Below are positions 1-10,755 of a stretch of 58,051 bases of DNA, piece by piece. The notes beneath the pieces are model-generated. The model was not told the origin of the DNA. It did not search any database and saw only the letters and a list, made by a program, of their open reading frames with translations. The stretch spans positions 1 to 58,051 of the forward strand of contig DASYVN010000183.1 in the NCBI GenBank assembly GCA_035937095.1, written 5' to 3'. The position numbers were made by a program, and so were the translations under genes. Origin of the DNA: Candidatus Limnocylindria bacterium (GTDB lineage Bacteria > Chloroflexota > Limnocylindria > P2-11E). How positions within the stretch are numbered: the stretch's first letter is position 1; every line of letters starts with the position of its first letter.

Positions 1-1818
<1,818 letters not shown>

Positions 1819-1828
1819 ACCGGGACCG

Positions 1829-2818
1829 CTAGGTGACCTGCAGCGGCAGCTGCATCCCCGGCGGGTTGAACAGCGCCCCGACCGACTCGCCCTCGTGGAT
1901 GCGACGGATCGCCTCCGCGAAGAGTGGCGCGACGGAGAGCACGCGGAGCTGCGGGAGATTGCGCGCTGACGGCTTCAGGGGGACGGTGTCGGTGACGATG
2001 AGCTCCTTGATGCCGCTGGCGCACAGCTTCTCAGCGGCTCCGTCGGAGAACGTCGGGTGGGTGCAGGCGGCGTAGATCTCGGACACGCCGTGCTGCTGGA
2101 GGATCTTCACGGTGTGCAGCATGGTGGTGCCGCGATCGATCTCGTCGTCGATCACGATCGCGCGCTTGCGATCGATGTCGCCGATGACCCCGACGATCTC
2201 GCTGTTGCCGCTGTTGTCGCGGTGGGTCTTCTGCATGAAGACGAGCGGGATCTTGAGGAGCTCGGCGATGCGCCGCGCGGCGTTCGCGTAGCCCAGATCG
2301 GGCACGACCAGCGCGGTGTCGTCGCGCTTCGCTTCGACGAGCGGCCGCAGGTACTCGACCAGCAGGCTTCGGGCCGAGAGCTCGTCGCCGGGGATGCTGA
2401 AGAAGCCCTGGATCTGCATCTGGTGCAGGTCCATGGTGAGGAACCGGTCCGCGCCCGCGACGCTGATGAGGTCGGCGAGGAGTCGCGCGGTGATCGGGAC
2501 GCGCGGCTGGTCCTTCTTGTCGCTGCGGCCGTAGGCGAACTGCGGCATCACCGCGGTGATCCGGCCGGCGGACGCGCGCTTGAAGGCGTCGATCATGATG
2601 AGCAGCTCCATGATCGCGTCGCTCACCGACGGGCCGACGAGGGACTGCACGATGAACACGTCGTGCTCGCGGGCGTTCTCGTTGATCTTGACGAAGATCT
2701 CGTCGTTCGCGAACTTGAAGACGTCCGCCTGCCCACGGGGGATCTCGAGGTGGCGGCAGATGTCTTCAGCGAACCTGGGATGGGCGTTGCCCGTGTAGAC
2801 GGATAGACCCCGGAACAC
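1829..2818 (-). CDS. prs: Ribose-phosphate pyrophosphokinase (PRPP synthetase)
   Basis: 329-aa ORF with a GTG start preceded by GGAGGGGGAG. It carries the PRPP-binding loop VIGDIDRKRAIVIDDEIDRGTT and the typical N-terminal region (FANDEIFVKINENAREHDVFIVQS). Confidence 0.93.
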   Translation of the reverse strand: MFRGLSVYTGNAHPRFAEDICRHLEIPRGQADVFKFANDEIFVKINENAREHDVFIVQSLVGPSVSDAIMELLIMIDAFKRASAGRITAVMPQFAYGRSDKKDQPRVPITARLLADLISVAGADRFLTMDLHQMQIQGFFSIPGDELSARSLLVEYLRPLVEAKRDDTALVVPDLGYANAARRIAELLKIPLVFMQKTHRDNSGNSEIVGVIGDIDRKRAIVIDDEIDRGTTMLHTVKILQQHGVSEIYAACTHPTFSDGAAEKLCASGIKELIVTDTVPLKPSARNLPQLRVLSVAPLFAEAIRRIHEGESVGALFNPPGMQLPLQVT

Positions 2819-2853
2819 GGCTCCCCCTCCTGGCGAGTCTCGAGGAAACCTGA

Positions 2854-3048
2854 GTGTACCCGCTACCGTTCAGCCCAATGACCATCGCGCTGGGCCGCCG
2901 GCTCCGTTGGATCGTGGCGGTCGCGCTCGTCGCGGCGTGGTTCGTGGCCCTTGCCGTCGACGTAGGCGGCAACGGCGTCCACCTGCTGCTCGTCGCGGCG
3001 GTCGGCGTCCTCCTCTACGAGCTGGTCGCGGTGGACACGCCCGCCTGA
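2854..3048 (+). CDS. Hypothetical small membrane protein (2 predicted TM helices); the true start may be the ATG at 2878
   Basis: 64-aa ORF with two hydrophobic stretches (WIVAVALVAAWFVALAV, LLLVAAVGVLLYELVAV). Its 3' end overlaps the convergent PHP gene by 34 nt. I recognise no family. Confidence 0.3.
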   Translation: MYPLPFSPMTIALGRRLRWIVAVALVAAWFVALAVDVGGNGVHLLLVAAVGVLLYELVAVDTPA

Positions 3049-3794
3049 AGCCGGCGCCCGTCGAGGAAGGGGCCGGACCGGACGCCGGCCGCGCGGATCA
3101 TCGCCTCGGTGTGGTCGAGGGGGCCCAGCGCGAAGTGGCTGTCCGATCCGACCGAGAACCGCGCCCCTCTGGCGTGCGCCCGTTCGAGAAAGGCACGGTG
3201 CGGCACCCGGTAGGCCTCGTTGATCTCGATCGCCACACCGTGCTCGACGCACAGCGCGATGAGCCGTTCCTGCCAGTCGATCGGGTAGGCAGCGTCCGGA
3301 TCGCCGAGCGCCGCGAGCGGCGACATGGTCGGGTGGCCGACGATGTCGATGCCGGTCTCCAAGATGCCTTCGCGCACGAGGGCGAGGTTGGCTTCGAGCA
3401 CGCGCCGCTGCAGCTCCGGATTCGCGAATCGCGCGGCCTCGGCATACGGCGGCCGCGTGCGGCCTTTCAGGAACGCGCCGGCGGCGTCGTACCCAACACG
3501 CTTCCCGTCCAGGGTCAGCTGATGGACCGATCCGATCACGTAGTCGAGCGCGTCATGGGTCGACCGCGGGAGCGCTGGTGCGACGCCGAGGTCGTACTCG
3601 ATCCCGACGCGCAGGCCCAGCCGCGCGGCGTCGTCGAGGTACCGGAGCACGTCGCCATCGGTCTGCATGCCGGTCGGCCAGGGATAGTGGTCGGAGATCC
3701 CGTGCGGCCTGACCGCGACGCTCTTGGCGCGGTCCTCCAAGGACACGCTTCCGTCCGACCGCGTGGAGTGGATGTGGTGGTCGAAGAGCCTCAT
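3015..3794 (-). CDS. PHP-domain metal-dependent phosphoesterase (histidinol-phosphatase-like)
   Basis: The N-terminus MRLFDHHIHSTRSDGS has an intact HxH...SDG PHP motif, followed later by GSDSH. The ATG at 3794 overlaps the upstream stop (ATGA). The track ORF begins 21 nt further upstream. Confidence 0.8.
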   Translation of the reverse strand: MRLFDHHIHSTRSDGSVSLEDRAKSVAVRPHGISDHYPWPTGMQTDGDVLRYLDDAARLGLRVGIEYDLGVAPALPRSTHDALDYVIGSVHQLTLDGKRVGYDAAGAFLKGRTRPPYAEAARFANPELQRRVLEANLALVREGILETGIDIVGHPTMSPLAALGDPDAAYPIDWQERLIALCVEHGVAIEINEAYRVPHRAFLERAHARGARFSVGSDSHFALGPLDHTEAMIRAAGVRSGPFLDGRRLQAGVSTATSS

Positions 3795-4900
3795 TGCTCG
3801 GGGTGCCCGGACCACGCGGCGTCGACCATGGTCCAGAGCACACCCGACACGAGGGTCTGCCCGCCGAGCAGCAGCGGGAAGCCGGCGTCGCGCGCGGCGG
3901 TCGTGAACTCGCGGACGCCTGGGTGCTCGATCGCGTCAGGCTGCAAGAGGTCGGAGGAGAACCGGTCCGGCGCGCTCGGCCGCCAGCCGAGATGCGCGAA
4001 CAGCACCCGCGAGTCGAACAGCATCCCGTCGCCGAGCTCCTTCATCCGCTCGAAGAACTCGCGCGCGCCGACGAGCTCGTAGAGGAAGCCGAGGGCCGTC
4101 CGCGCGTTCCCCGACGCGTCGCGTCCCGCGGCCTGCATCCCCCGTTCTTCGGCGAGCATCCGCACCCGACAAGCGGTCTGTGACTCGAGATACGACCACA
4201 CCGGAGCGCCGACCCGACCGGCGACGAGCAGCTCGCGCTCCGGCGTCGTGACGAGCGTCATCAGCGCGTCGACACGAGGACCGAGCTCGGCCTCGAACGC
4301 GCCGACCGACTGGAGCTCCGCGGGACAGTGCGGGTGCCGCAGGAGCACCGTCGCATCGGGCGGCGTGTCGACATCGAGCAACGTCGCCGCGGAACGCGGC
4401 AGCTGCCGTGACGGCAGGCCTGCCTGCTGATGGAGGAGCCGCGGCAGCGGGTTGTCGGTGGCCGGCAGCGCGATGGCGTCCAGCGCGCTCGTGGGCGTGA
4501 GCGCGACGAGATCGGCCGAGTAGTAGTTGTTCGAGAGCACGAGCGCGGGCGAGCGCTCCAGGTCGTCGCGGATGGAGCCGAGATCGCCGGCCGTCAGCAA
4601 CGCGCCCGCGCCGGCCCCGATCGCGCACACGCGGTCGATATGGCGCTCGTCGACGATCCGCTTGAGCTCGGACCCGAAATGGAACGGCTCGGTGCGCGGC
4701 GGGATCGCCTCCGCGCCGGCCGCGCCAAAGGCGCGGGCCCCGGCGGGATCGGCGGTGACCGCGATGAGCGGCGCGAAGCCCGCCGCCGCGGCCCGACGCA
4801 GCGTGCCGCACCCGATCGCGATGCGGATGCGGTCGAGCTGGGCCTCGACGGGACTCTCGCCACCCGGACCGAAGAACAGGATGAACGCGGTCGTCGTCAC
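3791..4900 (-). CDS. Hypothetical protein, 369 aa, no family recognised; the N-terminal third looks like an alpha/beta nucleotide-binding fold
   Basis: This is the C-terminal part of track ORF 3791..6106. The GTG at 4900 overlaps the upstream stop (GTGA), and its own stop overlaps the PHP ATG. Codon third positions are GC-rich and the composition is not low-complexity. Confidence 0.6.
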   Translation of the reverse strand: MTTTAFILFFGPGGESPVEAQLDRIRIAIGCGTLRRAAAAGFAPLIAVTADPAGARAFGAAGAEAIPPRTEPFHFGSELKRIVDERHIDRVCAIGAGAGALLTAGDLGSIRDDLERSPALVLSNNYYSADLVALTPTSALDAIALPATDNPLPRLLHQQAGLPSRQLPRSAATLLDVDTPPDATVLLRHPHCPAELQSVGAFEAELGPRVDALMTLVTTPERELLVAGRVGAPVWSYLESQTACRVRMLAEERGMQAAGRDASGNARTALGFLYELVGAREFFERMKELGDGMLFDSRVLFAHLGWRPSAPDRFSSDLLQPDAIEHPGVREFTTAARDAGFPLLLGGQTLVSGVLWTMVDAAWSGHPEQ

Positions 4901-6312
4901 GTGCTCGACGATAGGCGCCGCGGCCAGACCCCCTCGAGGCGCAGGAGCAGCGCGACGATGCAGAACGAGAGCGCGAGTCCGATGGCCGCGCGCGCCCCAC
5001 CGCTCGGGAGAGCCCGGAGGACCGCGAGCCACTGCGGGTCGCCCCAGTCGAAGAGCTTCTCGGGATGGAAGTTCACGTTGACCGGCGCGGTGTCCCAGGT
5101 CTGGTCGTACACGAGCGCGGCGGCGTTGAAGAGCAGCAGCGACCACGCCGCGGCGATCCAGAACAGCCGACGCCACAGCGCGCGCGACAGCAGCCCCTGT
5201 CCGATGCCCCACGCGAGCGCGACGAACAGGATCGGCGCTTGATCGTCCAGGAAGCGCGCGCCGAAGACGCGACCACCCCACCACTCCGTGTACGTCGCGT
5301 AGAGGAGCAGCGTGGCGAAAGCCACGATGCCGAGGCCACGCAGCCGAGCGGCGACGTGCCCACGCCTCCGCCAGGCCAGGACGAGCGCGGCGATCGCGAA
5401 CGCGAGGTACGGCGCGTAGACGAGGAGGCCGCGGCTGGGCGAGAGAAGCAAGCCGTACAGGCCGGTGAGCATCGGCGTGTCGAAGGGCTTGGTACCGTAG
5501 CCCTGCTCGAACGGGTCGCCGAACGCGAAGGCGTTGTACACGAGCAGCGGCACGATCCCGATGCCGAAGCCCGCGACCGTGCGCATGAACGTCCGGCGCG
5601 ACACGATCCCCGCGGCCACGACCGCCGTCGTCTGTCGTGCCACCGTGCCCAAGCCGAGAGCGAGCCCGGCGAGGAACGCCCGGCCCGCGCTCACCGCCCG
5701 CTCGTCGAGCATGAGCCAGAGCGCCGCGGCGATCGCCAGGTGGACGCCCGCGTGCTGCCAGAGCGCCTGCGACGCGACGGTGCGCACGCTCGTGGCAAGG
5801 AGATACAGGAGCACGAGCCCGACGGACCAGCGTGCGGAGACGAACCGGCGGAAGACCGACCACAGCACGAGCGCAACGATCGCTTCGAGGATCGACGCGA
5901 CGAGGTGCCCGAGCAAGAGCAGTGACGTCGCGTCCGACGCGGGTACGCCGAGCAGCACCGCCGGCAGCAGGATGGGCAGCGCGAGGATCGCGATGCCCGG
6001 CGGGAAGATCGAGCAGACGTGCTCGCCGGGGAGCGGTGGTGGCGGACCGCCGGCACTGCGCGGGGTGGTCGTGAACACCTCCTGGCCTTGGGCAAGGTGC
6101 GCGCAACCCCGGAAGAAGTAGGCGGTGCGATCGATGCGGTCAGGTCGTTCGTCGGTCGGTGAGACCGTCGCGAACTCGTCGTAGTCGACGTTGCCGCTGC
6201 CGACAAGGGTCCAGGCGAACAGCGTGTTCGGCAGCACGTCCGGCGACCAGATGAGGTTCAGGTTCGCGAACGACAGCAAGACGAGCAGCGCGCCGCGGAC
6301 GATCCACCTCAT
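4897..6312 (-). CDS. Polytopic GT-C-fold membrane glycosyltransferase (ArnT/PMT/PimE-like)
   Basis: 471 aa starting MRWIVRGALLVLL. It has about 10-12 hydrophobic helices and an acidic first loop (GSGNVDYDEFATVSPTDE) after TM1, as in GT-C enzymes. The ATG at 6312 overlaps the comF stop (ATGA). Confidence 0.72.
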   Translation of the reverse strand: MRWIVRGALLVLLSFANLNLIWSPDVLPNTLFAWTLVGSGNVDYDEFATVSPTDERPDRIDRTAYFFRGCAHLAQGQEVFTTTPRSAGGPPPPLPGEHVCSIFPPGIAILALPILLPAVLLGVPASDATSLLLLGHLVASILEAIVALVLWSVFRRFVSARWSVGLVLLYLLATSVRTVASQALWQHAGVHLAIAAALWLMLDERAVSAGRAFLAGLALGLGTVARQTTAVVAAGIVSRRTFMRTVAGFGIGIVPLLVYNAFAFGDPFEQGYGTKPFDTPMLTGLYGLLLSPSRGLLVYAPYLAFAIAALVLAWRRRGHVAARLRGLGIVAFATLLLYATYTEWWGGRVFGARFLDDQAPILFVALAWGIGQGLLSRALWRRLFWIAAAWSLLLFNAAALVYDQTWDTAPVNVNFHPEKLFDWGDPQWLAVLRALPSGGARAAIGLALSFCIVALLLRLEGVWPRRLSSST

Positions 6313-6938
6313 TCTTCGATGGCCACCGCATACGCCCGCACCGTTCGGGCGCCGCACGCGCGGGCGGCGGCCGCGGCGTCGAGCAGGGTCGCCCCGGTCG
6401 TGGCCACGTCGTCGACGAGCCAGACGTCCAACCCGTGCAGACGTCCGGCGACGCTGGCGAACGCACCGTGCACGCTCGCGCGCCGGTCCAGCTGGCCGAG
6501 TGTCGGCTGCGCCGGGCCCACGCGGAGGCGATGGAGCGCCGCGCGCATGGCCACGCCGGTCGGGGCCGAATCGACTTCGGCCAACGCGCGCGCCTGGTCG
6601 CAGCCGCGGCTCCGCCGGCGGCTCGGATGCAGCGGGACCGGGACGAGCGCATCGAGCGGCACCCCACATGACAGATCCGCCGCGATGCGCGATCCGACGA
6701 GCGAACCCAGCTCGTGGGCGGGGCCCAGCTCGGTCCCGTAGTTCAGCCGGTGGATCGCCTCCCGCAGCGGGCTCTCGTGCGCGCCGGTCTCGGCGAGCGC
6801 AAGCATGCCGGTGCGGCAAGCGCTGGGGTCAGAGCTGTCGCGACAGACGACGCAGTACCAGCTGCCCGACCCGCCGCGGCCCGCGCACCGCGGTGGGATG
6901 AGGACATCGCGAACGCCGGCGAGGGCGCTACCGGGCAT
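6309..6938 (-). CDS. comFC: ComF-family phosphoribosyltransferase-domain protein (ComFC-like)
   Basis: 209 aa with an N-terminal Cys cluster (PPRCAGRGG...WYCVVC) and the PRT motif VWLVDDVATTGATL. Its start overlaps the DUF192 stop by 11 nt. Confidence 0.85.
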   Translation of the reverse strand: MPGSALAGVRDVLIPPRCAGRGGSGSWYCVVCRDSSDPSACRTGMLALAETGAHESPLREAIHRLNYGTELGPAHELGSLVGSRIAADLSCGVPLDALVPVPLHPSRRRSRGCDQARALAEVDSAPTGVAMRAALHRLRVGPAQPTLGQLDRRASVHGAFASVAGRLHGLDVWLVDDVATTGATLLDAAAAARACGARTVRAYAVAIEE

Positions 6939-7248
6939 CTTCGAACACGAGGTCGTCGCCCGCTTGCGTGCCGCTCTCGGCGATGGCGCCAGCCCGCAGC
7001 TCGACGACCTCGGCGGCGCCGCGCGCGGCGATCGAGAGGACCCATGGGCGCAGGTCCGGCACGGCGCGGACGACCCTGCCGCCGCGGTCCAGGAAGATGG
7101 CGTCGATCGGGAATCGCATGAAGAACATCGTGATGTTGCTCGTCTTGGTTATGCGCAGCGCCTCGCCGTCGGCGAGCCGGCTATGGAAGAGGAGCCCGAT
7201 GCCCCGACTGAGGAAGCTGGTCGCGGTGCGGCAGTCGGTCGCGAGGAT
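6928..7248 (-). CDS. DUF192 (COG1430/UPF0127-like) protein; start codon unresolved
   Basis: The track gives only 66 aa, from the ATG at 7128. DUF192-like sequence (ATDCRTATSFLSRGIGLLFHSRLADGEALRITKTSNITMFFMRFPIDAIFLD) continues in frame upstream as far as a TGA at 7303-7305. That stretch contains no ATG, GTG or TTG. The ATC at 7248 is the nearest plausible initiator. Confidence 0.6.
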   Translation of the reverse strand: MLATDCRTATSFLSRGIGLLFHSRLADGEALRITKTSNITMFFMRFPIDAIFLDRGGRVVRAVPDLRPWVLSIAARGAAEVVELRAGAIAESGTQAGDDLVFEDAR

Positions 7249-7282
7249 CGTGCCGCGCGTGCGGTTGCGGAGCCGCGCGGAG

Positions 7283-8194
7283 CTAGAAGCTACCGCAGCT
7301 GCTCAGCGCCGACAGGGCTGCCGGCGCGAGAATGACGATGAACAGCGACGGGAAGATGCAGCCGATGGTCGGCAGCATGATGAGGATGGGGGCCCTCGCC
7401 GCCTTCTCCTCCGCGCGCTGCCGGCGGTCTTGGCGCATCTGCTCGGACTGGATCCGCAGCACCTTGGACATCGGCACACCGAGCTGGTCGGCCTGGATGA
7501 TCGCGGCGACGAAGTTCGAGAGCTCCTTCTGATCGACGCGGTCGGTGATCCCGCGTAGCGCTTCCTGCCGCGACTTGCCGACGCGCTGCTCGGACGCGGC
7601 GCGCTTGAACTCCTCGGACAGCGGGCCCTTCAGCTTCTCGGTCACCTTCACGAGGGCGGCGTCGAAGCCGAGCCCCGCTTCGACGGAGATCGTGAGCAGG
7701 TCGAGCGCGTCGGGCAGCGTCTCGAGGATCTGCTTGCCGCGCCCGCCGGCCCGGTTCCCGAGATAGAAGTCCGGAGCCATGAAGCCGACGAGCAGACCGG
7801 CGGCGGTTCCAATGAGGGTCTGCGTGCCGTCGCTGGTCACGAGGTTCACGGCGGCGGTCACAGCCACGGCGCCGACGATGGCGGCGAAGGCCTTCACGCC
7901 GAGGAAGAACTCAGCGCTCGTGGTCTCCATCCCGGCGCGCTTCAGCTTGAGGGTCAGCGACTTCGCGGTGTTCGCCGGGTAGAAGCGCGCCATAAGCCCG
8001 GCGAGACCGCGGATGATCGGCTTCAGGGTGCGGTCGGTGAGCGGCCGCTGGAGCTCGAGCTCCTCCAGGCTGCGCGGGCGGACCGCGATCTGCTGCAGCC
8101 GCGCCTGCACCGGATCGAGGCCCGAGCTCATCTGCGTCCCGAGGATCGCGATGACGAGCCCGACGGTCACGAGGACCGGAAGCAGCAGCTCCAT
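7283..8194 (-). CDS. tadC: Tad pilus inner-membrane platform protein TadC (T2SS F family)
   Basis: 303 aa with a T2SSF domain (LPDALDLLTISVEAGLGFDAAL) and terminal TM helices. Its ATG directly follows the tadB TAA. Confidence 0.88.
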   Translation of the reverse strand: MELLLPVLVTVGLVIAILGTQMSSGLDPVQARLQQIAVRPRSLEELELQRPLTDRTLKPIIRGLAGLMARFYPANTAKSLTLKLKRAGMETTSAEFFLGVKAFAAIVGAVAVTAAVNLVTSDGTQTLIGTAAGLLVGFMAPDFYLGNRAGGRGKQILETLPDALDLLTISVEAGLGFDAALVKVTEKLKGPLSEEFKRAASEQRVGKSRQEALRGITDRVDQKELSNFVAAIIQADQLGVPMSKVLRIQSEQMRQDRRQRAEEKAARAPILIMLPTIGCIFPSLFIVILAPAALSALSSCGSF

Positions 8195-9181
8195 TTAGAC
8201 CTTGATGTCCGTGATCTTTCGGATGGCCATGAAACCGATGAACATCATCACCGCGCCGACCCCGATGAGGATCCGGCCGATGGTCTGCGTGAACAGCGGC
8301 GCCATGAATGCGGGGTTGATCGCGTTCAGCGCCACGCCGAGGCCGATCGGCAGGAACGCGACGAGGTAGCCCGACACGCGGCCCTGCGCGGTGAGGGTAT
8401 TGATCTCACCTTTGATGCGCACGCGCTCGCGGATCGTAAAGGCGATGGTGTCGAGGATCTCGGCGAGGTTGCCACCGACCTGCTGCTGGATCCCGATGGC
8501 CGTGACCATGAGGTCGAGGTCGTCGCTCTTGATGCGACGCACGAGGTTGTGCAGGGCCTCTTCCATTCCGAGGCCGAGGTTGACCTCGCGCACGACGCGA
8601 CCCATCTCCTCGCTCATCGGCGGTCCACCCTCGCGCGACACGAGCTCGATCGACTGGAGAAAGCTCGAGCCGGCCCGGAGCGAGTTGGAGAGCAGCGTGA
8701 TCGTGTCCGGCAGCTGCTTGTTGAACGAGGACAGGCGGCCACCGATCCGGCGGCCGACCCAGAAGCGCGGCAGGAAGTACCCGACGATGAAGCCGATGAT
8801 CCCCGACAGCGGATCACGGAAGACGAACAGCAGGACGCCGAGCCCGAGCGACGCGCCGATCCGGATGTAGTAGTACTCGGCCACCCGGAGCTTGAGGTTG
8901 GCGCGCGCGAGGTCGCGCTGCACCGTCGTCGCGAAGCGCTTGTCCTCAACGTCGGCGGACAGCGTCGCGAACGGGTCGATCTCCTTGCGCTCCCGCCTGC
9001 GCCGCGCCTTCTTCCTCGTCTTCTGGGCCGCGTCGGCCGCGACCTGGCCCGAGCCGGGGCCGGCGTAGCGGGCCATGCGGGCCTCGACGCTCTCGCTGCC
9101 GCCGCCACCGAGCATGCTCGAGAGGCTGGCGAAGACCAGCAGGATGCCAATGAAGAGCCCCGCCGGGAGGGCGTACTCCAA
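8195..9181 (-). CDS. tadB: Tad pilus inner-membrane platform protein TadB (T2SS F family)
   Basis: 328 aa with a T2SSF domain (LPDTITLLSNSLRAGSSFLQSIE). The TTG start abuts the cpaF TAG. Confidence 0.88.
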   Translation of the reverse strand: MEYALPAGLFIGILLVFASLSSMLGGGGSESVEARMARYAGPGSGQVAADAAQKTRKKARRRRERKEIDPFATLSADVEDKRFATTVQRDLARANLKLRVAEYYYIRIGASLGLGVLLFVFRDPLSGIIGFIVGYFLPRFWVGRRIGGRLSSFNKQLPDTITLLSNSLRAGSSFLQSIELVSREGGPPMSEEMGRVVREVNLGLGMEEALHNLVRRIKSDDLDLMVTAIGIQQQVGGNLAEILDTIAFTIRERVRIKGEINTLTAQGRVSGYLVAFLPIGLGVALNAINPAFMAPLFTQTIGRILIGVGAVMMFIGFMAIRKITDIKV

Positions 9182-10606
9182 CTAGCGCAGCCCTGCGGAC
9201 ATGTCGCCGAAGACGCCCTGCGGCAGCCGGATGCCGGCGGCCTCGAACTTCTCCGAGAACTTCGGCCGGATGCCGGTCGGGCGCAGCTTCCCGACGACCT
9301 TGCCGTCGACATATGCGGTCTGCTCGAACACGAACACGTCCTGCAGGACGATCGCGTCGCCTTCCATGCCCTGGACCTCGGTGATGGCCGTGATCTTGCG
9401 CGAGCCATCCTTCAGCCGGGAGATCTGCACGATGATGTCGAGCGCGCTCGCGATCTGCTCCTTGATCGCGCGCGCCGGCAGGTCGACGCCAGCCATGAGG
9501 CACATCGTCTCGAGCCGTGCGAGCATGTCGCGCGGCGAGTTGGCGTGGCCCGTGGACAGCGAGCCGTCGTGGCCCGTGTTCATCGCCTGGAGCATCGACA
9601 GCGCCTCACCACCACGGGTCTCACCGACGACGATGCGCTCGGGGCGCATTCGGAGGGAGTTCTTGACGAGATCCATGATCGTGACCGCGCCCTTGCCTTC
9701 GATGTTCGCCGCGCGCGACTCGAGTCGGACGACGTGATCCTGGACGAGGCGGAGCTCGGCGGCGTCCTCGATGGTGATGATCCGCTCGTCCTCAGGGATG
9801 AAGCCCGACAAGATGTTGAGGAGCGTCGTTTTTCCGGAGCCGGTGCCGCCAGAGATGAACATGTTCAAGCGCGCTTCCACGCACGCCCGGAGGAACTCCA
9901 TCATCTCGTCGGTCGCGGTGCCGAACTTCACGTAGTCCGCGACCTGGATCCGGTACTTGGGGAACTTCCGGATGGTGACGACCGGGCCGTTCAGCGCGAG
10001 CGGCGGGATGATGATGTTCACGCGGGAGCCATCCGGGAGGCGCGCGTCCTCGAACGGCTTGGATTCGTCGACGCGGCGCCCGATCGGAGCGATGATCCGC
10101 TCGATCACACGCATGACGTGCTCGTCGGCCTGGAACGTGACGTCCGACAGTTGGAGCTTGCCCTTCCGCTCCACGTAGACACGGAACGGGCCGTTCACCA
10201 TGACCTCGGTCACGGAGTCGTCGTTGAGAAGCGGCTGGATCGGGCCGAAGCCGAGGATCTCGTCGACGATCTGCTCGAGCATCCGCTGACGCTCGACGCG
10301 GGTGATGACGGTCCCGTCCTCGTCGATGAACTTGTTGAACATGCTGTCGATCTCGGCACGGACGGCTTTGACGTCGGAGAGGTTCAGGCGGGGGTCGAGG
10401 TTGTTGATGATCCGCGTCTGGAGGGTCGACCGCAGGTCACGGTTGGTGTCGCGGGCCGGCGCCTGGGTCTGGGTGAGCGGCCCCCCAGCCGGTGGCACGG
10501 AGCCAAGGGCGCCCTGGTCCGGGCCGTTCGCCCCGCCCGTTGGGGCGGCCGGAGCCTCGGGGGTGCCAGCAGGACGCTGGCCTTCGATCCGTCTCAGTAG
10601 CGACAT
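9182..10606 (-). CDS. tadA: Tad pilus secretion ATPase CpaF/TadA
   Basis: 474 aa with Walker [13 protein letters not shown], Asp box and Walker B ([10 protein letters not shown]), a His box ([13 protein letters not shown]), and the typical CpaF N-terminal domain. Confidence 0.93.
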   Translation of the reverse strand: MSLLRRIEGQRPAGTPEAPAAPTGGANGPDQGALGSVPPAGGPLTQTQAPARDTNRDLRSTLQTRIINNLDPRLNLSDVKAVRAEIDSMFNKFIDEDGTVITRVERQRMLEQIVDEILGFGPIQPLLNDDSVTEVMVNGPFRVYVERKGKLQLSDVTFQADEHVMRVIERIIAPIGRRVDESKPFEDARLPDGSRVNIIIPPLALNGPVVTIRKFPKYRIQVADYVKFGTATDEMMEFLRACVEARLNMFISGGTGSGKTTLLNILSGFIPEDERIITIEDAAELRLVQDHVVRLESRAANIEGKGAVTIMDLVKNSLRMRPERIVVGETRGGEALSMLQAMNTGHDGSLSTGHANSPRDMLARLETMCLMAGVDLPARAIKEQIASALDIIVQISRLKDGSRKITAITEVQGMEGDAIVLQDVFVFEQTAYVDGKVVGKLRPTGIRPKFSEKFEAAGIRLPQGVFGDMSAGLR

Positions 10607-10755
10607 ATCTGGTCAAACCCCTCGGGAAAGCCCGTCGAGCGGGCGCTCCCTCCGTTCGCGAGTCTACTGACCCTAACGGCGCCGGCGGATGGTCCGGAAG
10701 GGGGCCTTTTGGGCTATTGGATGGGCTTAGACCGAGTTGACGCCAACCTTGGGTG

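Noticed and set aside
4901-6106. N-terminal 400 residues of track ORF 3791..6106. Similar long upstream extensions occur in ORFs 4897..6819, 34405..37230, 51141..52337, 51881..53605, 15057..16364 and 14329..15243.
   Set aside because: The extensions are out-of-frame read-through into the preceding gene and are Arg/Pro/Gly-rich. In each case an internal ATG or GTG forms a 1-4-nt overlap with the upstream stop and marks where real homology begins.
8549-10600. 683-aa plus-strand ORF, the longest plus-strand ORF in this part of the track
   Set aside because: It is exactly antisense to cpaF/tadB, which have unambiguous motifs. Its translation is Arg/Asp/His/Leu/Gly-rich and low-complexity, as expected for the mirror frame of GC3-rich genes.
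10607-10755. 149-nt gap between tadZ and cpaF as a site for a missing small pilus gene (TadE/F-like) or an sRNA
   Set aside because: It contains no ORF with a start and SD longer than a few codons, and only a 5-bp hairpin (10630-10644). It is too short for a pseudopilin.
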